A stretch of 64,000 nt of DNA from Candidatus Kaiserbacteria bacterium (lineage in GTDB: Bacteria > Patescibacteriota > Minisyncoccia > Phycocordibacterales > Phycocordibacteraceae): NCBI GenBank assembly GCA_029288865.1, contig JARIGM010000035.1, forward strand, positions 26,258 to 90,257. The letters run 5' to 3'. The number at the start of each line of letters is the position of its first letter. Within the stretch, counting starts at the first letter, position 1. Shown here one piece after another: positions 57,857-64,000 of the stretch. The position numbers were made by a program, and so were the translations under genes. Below the pieces are notes generated by a model, which was not told where the DNA came from, did no database searches, and saw only the letters and a program-made list of their open reading frames with translations.

Positions 57857-58555
57857 GTGTTTACATTTCACTTCGACATACAGCTGACTCACGATCAAGT
57901 GATAGCTCTGACGACAGCGTTCATAATCGTATGCATCTTCCTGATGTGGCGATATGTTTTAGGACCGATTTGGTTGCCAGCCTTTGTGCGATATATCAGG
58001 GCCTGGTATTCCGGCCTCGGCAAAAACAAAAAATCGACGCAGTCACGTCGTCAAACACTCGACCTTTCAGAAGGTCACGTTCCTGGCGCGATTACTCCGC
58101 AGCCGGAAGCAATAGCAACACCAGCGCCTCGCGCTGAAACCGCTCTTGTTCCTGCGGCTGAAGATATTCATGCCGAGGAACCAGTGGTTGCTCCACTTGA
58201 TTCGAGCCGACGAGAAATTGTCGGCCCGCACGGATCCGTATGGATCGAACGGTTACTGATCGTCCCGGCACACTTTTGCCCGGCCACCAGCGAACCCTTC
58301 TTTGCACCGGTACTATATAATCCGGTGACAAATGCATTCATGTCGCATCCGACGAGAAAGTTTTATGGGACTGCCGCTTGCTGGCTTCGAATCTACCGTA
58401 AGACTATAGACGTCCCTGCACACATCGATTCCGATGTTGAGAGCCAGAGGATCCAACCTGTCTCTGGCAGCAAGAAGCCTCACCTCCGAATCTGCGGTGC
58501 ACCGTATGCACTTGATCGGTACTATGAGGTCAGCGCTGTGGCAGCTGCTGAATAA
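57857..58555 (+). CDS. ORFan membrane-anchored protein
   Basis: TTGACA-17-TAAATT, AAGGAG SD with GTG start, terminator at 58586-58616. Confidence 0.7.
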   Translation: MFTFHFDIQLTHDQVIALTTAFIIVCIFLMWRYVLGPIWLPAFVRYIRAWYSGLGKNKKSTQSRRQTLDLSEGHVPGAITPQPEAIATPAPRAETALVPAAEDIHAEEPVVAPLDSSRREIVGPHGSVWIERLLIVPAHFCPATSEPFFAPVLYNPVTNAFMSHPTRKFYGTAACWLRIYRKTIDVPAHIDSDVESQRIQPVSGSKKPHLRICGAPYALDRYYEVSAVAAAE

Positions 58556-58616
58556 CACACGACCGTAAGAAAAAGATCACACCTGGCCCCGAACTACTAT
58601 GTTCGGGGTTCTTTTT

Positions 58617-58645
58617 TGCAACGAAACGGCATCGAGGTGCGTATA
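58617..58645 (+). promoter_or_regulatory. Putative ECF promoter
   Basis: TGCAAC-17-CGTATA, 6 nt before ATG 58652; resembles Bacillus SigW-type TGAAAC/CGTA. Confidence 0.55.
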
Positions 58646-58651
58646 TAAGGC

Positions 58652-59062
58652 ATGGGAAGGACAAGCCAGCAGATTTTCTCACCAACAGCGCGCGAAACCG
58701 TGCCTGCACATCTTTGCGAGCAGATCTGCAGCACTATCGCGCGCGAGCGCATACGTCGCGAGCGTATGCGGCTGGCCGTCTCTTCCCTCTTTGGCACAAG
58801 CTCCCTTGCGGGGCTTGTGTTCGCTCTGCCCGCGCTCATGAGCGCAGCGAGTGCGAGCGGTTTCGTGAGCTATTCGCAGCTCCTGCTCACCGACACCGAC
58901 TTCGCAGCGACGAATATTCGCGCCTTTATCATACCCGTGCTTGAAGCGCTGCCTGGTGTCGAAGTTATGATCACGCTCTTCCTCATCGCCGTGTTCCTCG
59001 TTTCGCTTCGCAACTTCGCTCGCAGCCTTTATTACAAACCGCTCGCTTTCCAACATTCATAA
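58652..59062 (+). CDS. Membrane protein, putative anti-sigma
   Basis: VPAHLCEQI N-terminal segment plus 2 TM; first gene of the operon. Confidence 0.6.
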   Translation: MGRTSQQIFSPTARETVPAHLCEQICSTIARERIRRERMRLAVSSLFGTSSLAGLVFALPALMSAASASGFVSYSQLLLTDTDFAATNIRAFIIPVLEALPGVEVMITLFLIAVFLVSLRNFARSLYYKPLAFQHS

Positions 59063-59071
59063 TTTATTTCC

Positions 59072-59575
59072 ATGACCAAAGCCTCGCTCACCGTATTTGT
59101 CCGTTCACGATTGTTCGCTGGAATTGTAACAGGGATTGGCATCATGCTCATCGTGATTTTCATATTCGAAGCAGGCGTGTTCGTGGGATTCCATGAAGCG
59201 CAATTCTCATCCCGATGGGGAGAGAATTATCAGCGGAATTTTGGCGGACCGATAATGATAACGCGCGGGGACATGCCCGAGTTTGATCACTCACTGCCAG
59301 AAGCGCACGGCGCCTTCGGAACCGTAGTAAGCGTGAGCAGCACGACACTCACGATCCTCGGATCGCAGAAACAGGAGCAGAAAGTCGTACTCACTGACGA
59401 CACGGTGGTTCGCGATCATGAGACCTCGCTCAAACCTTCAGACCTGAAGAGCGGCATGTTCGTGGTTGCGATCGGTGATCCGGACGATTCAGGCGAGGTG
59501 ACAGCGAAGCTTATCCGCGTCATGCCAGCGCCTCCTGCTCAGACAATGACCACGAATTCGACCTGGGGCCAATAA
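59072..59575 (+). CDS. Membrane-anchored protein with OB-fold-like (DUF5666-like) domain
   Basis: TM then HGAFGTVVSV, DLKSG..VVAIGDP...AKLIRV. Confidence 0.75.
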   Translation: MTKASLTVFVRSRLFAGIVTGIGIMLIVIFIFEAGVFVGFHEAQFSSRWGENYQRNFGGPIMITRGDMPEFDHSLPEAHGAFGTVVSVSSTTLTILGSQKQEQKVVLTDDTVVRDHETSLKPSDLKSGMFVVAIGDPDDSGEVTAKLIRVMPAPPAQTMTTNSTWGQ

Positions 59576-59578
59576 TCT

Positions 59579-61546
59579 ATGAAGACTTTCTTCGCTTCAA
59601 CTATGAATCGCTTTCGTCATGCCGCCGCTCATATCGGCACATTCACGAAAAATCATAAGATCATGAGCGGTATCATCGTGTTACTGATTCTTGGCTTGGG
59701 ATACTGGGGAATTTCTGCACTCGCAAAAGGCAATGCAGCGACTATGTATAGCCTAGCGCCTGTTACTGAAGGAGAGCTCGCTGTCACGATCACAGACAGC
59801 GGAACCGTATCCGCAGAACACCAGCTTTCGCTTTCACCAAAAGCATCAGGCACGATTACATCAATCAATGCAGTTGCCGGCCAACAAGTTCGGGCCGGAA
59901 CGATCATCGCAACAATCGATGCAAGTGATGCGAACGATTCGGTGACAAGTGCTCGCCAAAATGTCGAGAGCGCGCAGATTTCATACCAGCAAGCGATCAC
60001 ATCCTCAAATACCAGCATTACCGGTGATCAGAATACGCTCCGTACTTCCCTTACCACGGCTTCAAATGCAGTCACCACGACATTCACTCAACTACCAACC
60101 ATCGTCACCGGTATCGATGGCGTATTGCATAACCTATCAACTCTTCCAGGGTATACGGCAGAGAAAAATCTCGAAGCTTATTCGAACTACATCAATACAG
60201 TAGAAGCGCATACGCAACATGATAAGATTGCGAGTGAGTACCAGTCGTCACTCAGCGCCTACCAATCAACGCAAAACGCCTACGCTTCATACGACGTAAC
60301 GAATGCTACTGCCGATCAGACAATTTCCATCTTGAATTCAACACTCTCTGCACTACAAACAGAAAATCAATTGTTGCGCGATACGCTCACTTTCTTAAAT
60401 TATATAAATAGCCAAGTTATCGGTGCTGGACACGTAGTTCCTGCTGACCTCACGTCGCAGATAAGTACGGTCACTGGATATATAAATACTGTATCGAGCG
60501 ACATCACCTCGATCCAAAGTGCGAAAACCTCGCTCACCAATGCGCAAGCATCGCTTAGCTCCGATACGCAATCGCTTAATGGTTCGTCGATGTCTCTCTC
60601 GGTCCAATCGGCGCAACTGAATCTCCAGAAAGCGCAGCAAGCGCTCGCGCAAGCCGAACGAACTGAGGAAGACTACATCGTGCGGGCGCCATTTGATGGC
60701 ACGATTGCAAGTGTGGCCGTTAAGAAATACGATCCAGCATCGAGCGGTACTGCCGTGGCTGTACTCATCACGAAAGAAAATTACGTGACCCTGTCGGTGA
60801 ACGAAGCTGACGCGGCTGCGATCGCAGTTGGACAAAAAGCATCGATCACCTTCGATGCGATCGATAACCTAACTGTCGATGGCACCGTCGCAGAAGTCGA
60901 TCAAGTCGGCACAGTGAGCCAAGGCGTCGCGACCTATACCGTGAAGGTCGGATTCGATTCCCAGGACTCGCGCATCAAGCCAGGCATGACCGCAGAAGCG
61001 ACGATCACGACGGCTGATGCTGCAGACGCAATCCAGGTTCCCGCTGCAGCGGTTCATACGAGTGGCAACGCTTCGTACGTGGAAGTCGCGACTATGACCG
61101 GCACATCGACGCAAGCAGTAGGTGCGAACCGCCAATTCGGGAACGGCACGAGCACGCCGCGCTTCCGTATGGCATCGTCTACATTCGCTGGCGGTGGTGC
61201 TGCAAGCTCTACCTTCGGCGGGGGACGTACATTCGCCTCTCGCGCCCTCAGCGTACCTGCGAGCAGCGTGAAGATCACGCGAATCCCTGTTACGCTCGGC
61301 ATCTCCAATGACACGATGGTGCAGATCACGAGTGGTCTCCATCGCGGACAACTCGTCGTCACAGGCACCACGAGTGGAACAGCGAAGTCAGGCACGAGCT
61401 CGACCGGCAGTATCTTCGGACTCTTCGGCGGCGCTGCACGTCGCCCAGCGACTGGAGCAGCTGGCGCTGCAGGCGTCGGAGGCGCTCGCACATTCCAGGG
61501 TGGAGGCGGAAATGCAACATTCAGAGCTGGACCGGTTGGCGGCTAA
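59579..61546 (+). CDS. Efflux periplasmic adaptor (MacA/HlyD-like)
   Basis: Lipoyl halves ASGTITSI and RAPFDGTI, long coiled coil, IKPGMTA, LGISND. Confidence 0.88.
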   Translation: MKTFFASTMNRFRHAAAHIGTFTKNHKIMSGIIVLLILGLGYWGISALAKGNAATMYSLAPVTEGELAVTITDSGTVSAEHQLSLSPKASGTITSINAVAGQQVRAGTIIATIDASDANDSVTSARQNVESAQISYQQAITSSNTSITGDQNTLRTSLTTASNAVTTTFTQLPTIVTGIDGVLHNLSTLPGYTAEKNLEAYSNYINTVEAHTQHDKIASEYQSSLSAYQSTQNAYASYDVTNATADQTISILNSTLSALQTENQLLRDTLTFLNYINSQVIGAGHVVPADLTSQISTVTGYINTVSSDITSIQSAKTSLTNAQASLSSDTQSLNGSSMSLSVQSAQLNLQKAQQALAQAERTEEDYIVRAPFDGTIASVAVKKYDPASSGTAVAVLITKENYVTLSVNEADAAAIAVGQKASITFDAIDNLTVDGTVAEVDQVGTVSQGVATYTVKVGFDSQDSRIKPGMTAEATITTADAADAIQVPAAAVHTSGNASYVEVATMTGTSTQAVGANRQFGNGTSTPRFRMASSTFAGGGAASSTFGGGRTFASRALSVPASSVKITRIPVTLGISNDTMVQITSGLHRGQLVVTGTTSGTAKSGTSSTGSIFGLFGGAARRPATGAAGAAGVGGARTFQGGGGNATFRAGPVGG

Positions 61547-61555
61547 TCATCCCGT

Positions 61556-62272
61556 ATGATCGAAGCGCGCGACATCGTAAAGACCTACCACACCGGCGAC
61601 ATCGTCACGAATGCGCTTCGCGGCGTCACGTTCACGATCAAGGACGGCGAGTTCGTCGCGATCATGGGTCCGTCCGGTTCCGGCAAGTCCACGCTCATGC
61701 ACATCATGGGATGTCTGGATACGCCGACCTCTGGCACGTATCTCTTGGATGGTGAAGACGCCTCGAAACTTTCTGGCGATGCGCTCGCCGACATCCGCAA
61801 ACGCAAGATCGGCTTCGTGTTTCAATCCTTCAACCTTCTTCCTCGCACGACCGTGCTCCGCAACGTGATGCTCCCGCTCACGTACGCCCGCGTTCCGATG
61901 GCAGAACGTGAGCAGCGTGCTCGTGCCGCGCTCCTAGCAGCCGGCCTCGACGAATCTCGTTTTCATAATAAATCCAATCAGCTTTCAGGCGGTCAGATCC
62001 AACGCGTTGCGATCGCCCGTGCGCTCGTGAACGACCCCACACTGATTCTTGCCGACGAACCGACCGGCAACCTTGACTCCAAGACGACTGAGATCGTGCT
62101 TCACACCTTTAGCAGACTAAACGAAGAGCACGGTCGCACGATCGTTCTGATTACACACGAGCAAGACGTGGCCGAGCATGCGAAGCGCATCATCCGCATC
62201 AAGGACGGCGCGATCGTGAGCGACAGCACGGATCACGTACGTCGCATCGCGCGTGATCTCCCTATCGAATAA
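61556..62272 (+). CDS. ABC ATP-binding protein, MacB/LolD-type
   Basis: GPSGSGKST, LSGGQ, ADEPTGNLD. Confidence 0.95.
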   Translation: MIEARDIVKTYHTGDIVTNALRGVTFTIKDGEFVAIMGPSGSGKSTLMHIMGCLDTPTSGTYLLDGEDASKLSGDALADIRKRKIGFVFQSFNLLPRTTVLRNVMLPLTYARVPMAEREQRARAALLAAGLDESRFHNKSNQLSGGQIQRVAIARALVNDPTLILADEPTGNLDSKTTEIVLHTFSRLNEEHGRTIVLITHEQDVAEHAKRIIRIKDGAIVSDSTDHVRRIARDLPIE

Positions 62273-62274
62273 TT

Positions 62275-63489
62275 ATGACACTCCGCGACCTCTTTCAAGA
62301 AACTACGACCTCTCTCGACGCGAACAAAGTGCGCTCTGGTCTTACTATCCTCGGCATCGTGATCGGCATCGCATCAGTGATTGCGATGGTCGCGATCGGC
62401 AACGGTGCTCAAGCATCGATCCAATCAAGCATCAATTCGCTCGGCTCGAATCTTCTCACTATTCGTGGCGGCGCAAGCTCGAGCAGCGGCATCCGCGGAG
62501 GATTCGGCTCGGCACGGACTCTCACGATCGACGACGCGAATTCCCTTACAGCGGTCGCAAACGTATCGGGCGTCGCGCCGGAAGTCGGCGGGAATTACCA
62601 AATCGTCGTGAAGGGTTCGAACGCGAATGCAACCGTCGATGGCACGACCGCTTCCTATGCGACGATTCACAACCTCACGATCGCAGACGGTACGTTCCTC
62701 ACCGATAGCCAAGTGCGCTCAAAATCAAAAGTTGCCGTTCTTGGTCCGACGGTTCGCGATGACCTGTTCGGCGCTGGCGCAGAAGCAATCGGCCAGTCTG
62801 TGCGCATCAACGGCACACTCTACACAGTGATCGGAGTGAGCGCATCGAAAGGCGGTTCAGGATTCGGCAGTACCGATGAGGAAGTATTCATTCCGATCGG
62901 CACTGCGCAGCAATATCTTTCCGGCAGCAAATATGTCTCATCCATTGGCGTGCAAGCAGCGAGCGCTGACAGCATGACGCAAGTTCAGGCGGACATCACG
63001 AATCTGCTCCTCGCTCGCCACAAGATCAAAGACCCGACGAAAGCAGATTTCAGCATCATCAATCAAGCCGATATTCTTTCGACCGCATCATCAATCACCG
63101 GCACCTTTACAGCACTCCTCGCTGCGATCGCGGGAATCTCGCTCGTCGTGGGCGGCATCGGCATCATGAACATGATGCTCACGACCGTTACCGAGCGCAC
63201 CCGTGAAATCGGCCTGCGCAAAGCGATTGGTGCGAGCGAAGCGGATATCAGCAATCAGTTCCTGCTTGAATCATTAACGCTTACCATCATCGGCGGCGCT
63301 GCAGGGATCACACTTGGATGGTTTATCGCGTTTGCAGTTTCCGCAAGCGGAATACTCACTGCCGTCGTATCGCTTTCGTCGGTCGCACTCGCCTTCGGCG
63401 TCTCAGCAGGGATCGGCATCATCTTCGGCTGGTACCCGGCTCGCCGTGCCGCGCGAATGAACCCGATCGAAGCACTCCGCTACGAATAA
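62275..63489 (+). CDS. MacB-type ABC permease
   Basis: RSGLTILGIVIG, VGGIGIMNMML, ERTREIGLRKAIGA, PIEALRYE. Confidence 0.95.
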   Translation: MTLRDLFQETTTSLDANKVRSGLTILGIVIGIASVIAMVAIGNGAQASIQSSINSLGSNLLTIRGGASSSSGIRGGFGSARTLTIDDANSLTAVANVSGVAPEVGGNYQIVVKGSNANATVDGTTASYATIHNLTIADGTFLTDSQVRSKSKVAVLGPTVRDDLFGAGAEAIGQSVRINGTLYTVIGVSASKGGSGFGSTDEEVFIPIGTAQQYLSGSKYVSSIGVQAASADSMTQVQADITNLLLARHKIKDPTKADFSIINQADILSTASSITGTFTALLAAIAGISLVVGGIGIMNMMLTTVTERTREIGLRKAIGASEADISNQFLLESLTLTIIGGAAGITLGWFIAFAVSASGILTAVVSLSSVALAFGVSAGIGIIFGWYPARRAARMNPIEALRYE

Positions 63490-63491
63490 AA

Positions 63492-63523
63492 TAAAAAGGC
63501 CGGCAGTTAGCCGGTCTTTTTAT
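63492..63523. terminator. Bidirectional intrinsic terminator
   Basis: taaaaaggccggc agtta gccggtctttttat. Confidence 0.8.
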
Positions 63524-63604
63524 TGTTGCCCCACTAATTTGTGGGCGACACCCTCATCTCTTTCAGTATATCGTTTGTCCTAAGTCGATGTCAATAATAG
63601 TCTA

Positions 63605-63648
63605 TACCGGCGGAGGGAATCGAACCCTCAGAGCCCTTGATGAGGGCT
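63605..63648 (-). pseudogene. 3' half of a long-variable-arm tRNA (Leu-like), 5' half missing
   Basis: AGCCCT CATCA AGGGCT C T GAGGG TTCGATT CCCTC CGCCGGT A; no D arm or 5' acceptor strand upstream. Confidence 0.65.
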
Positions 63649-63789
63649 ATCCCCACACGCACCCACAAATCTTGCTTTTTTGCAATGTCTGTAGCATAGT
63701 ACGTATAGCTCGTCCGTCTCCTAGCTTCGAAGGGTAATTCCTAGACAGTTCGGGTCAGCGAGGTTATCAGTTCAATTCATCCAAGCCAC

Positions 63790-64000
63790 ATGGCAACATC
63801 AAAGCTCTATGTCGGCGGTATTCCCTACCGCTCAACTGAAGATGACATCCGCGCTGCTTTCTCGGAAGCAGGCGAAGTAGTCTCAGTAAGCATTATTATG
63901 GACCGTATGACCGGCCGCTCACGCGGATTCGGCTTCGTCGAAATGGCTGACGAGGCGCAAGCCCAGGCAGCTATCGACCGTTGGGACGGAAAGGAACTCG
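63790..64000 (+). CDS. RRM RNA-binding protein (3' end outside window)
   Basis: KLYVGGIPY, DRMTGRSRGFGFVEM. Confidence 0.93.
   Translation, partial: MATSKLYVGGIPYRSTEDDIRAAFSEAGEVVSVSIIMDRMTGRSRGFGFVEMADEAQAQAAIDRWDGKEL

Noticed and set aside
1-64000. Stop-codon reassignment (code 25) as in Gracilibacteria/Absconditabacteria
   Set aside because: Conserved genes are full length in the standard code and several end in TGA.

Overview
Gene-dense bacterial chromosome segment in the standard code (TGA used as stop). Gene content and streamlining suggest Patescibacteria/CPR, Parcubacteria-like; this is inference. It carries housekeeping genes (two mreB, proS, rseP, frr, holB-like, murA, degenerate priA, def, fmt, hpf), a type IV pilus cluster, an OmpR/HK pair, a GH130-centred mannose scavenging operon, an ECF sigma factor with a MacAB-type operon, tRNA-Asn and many ORFan insertions. 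The most notable structure is an integrase-free array downstream of tRNA-Asn (about 16.3-22.0 kb): self-contained promoter-gene-terminator cassettes separated by a 28-bp repeat resembling the tRNA 3' arm. Other candidates are a 187-nt 6S-like RNA, a structured sRNA convergent with an orphan PemK/MazF toxin, a TCS-box-driven sRNA and a tRNA 3'-half next to an ORF-less cassette. Core genes appear leaderless while accessory cassettes are SD-led. All family calls come from motif recognition by eye; no searches were run.
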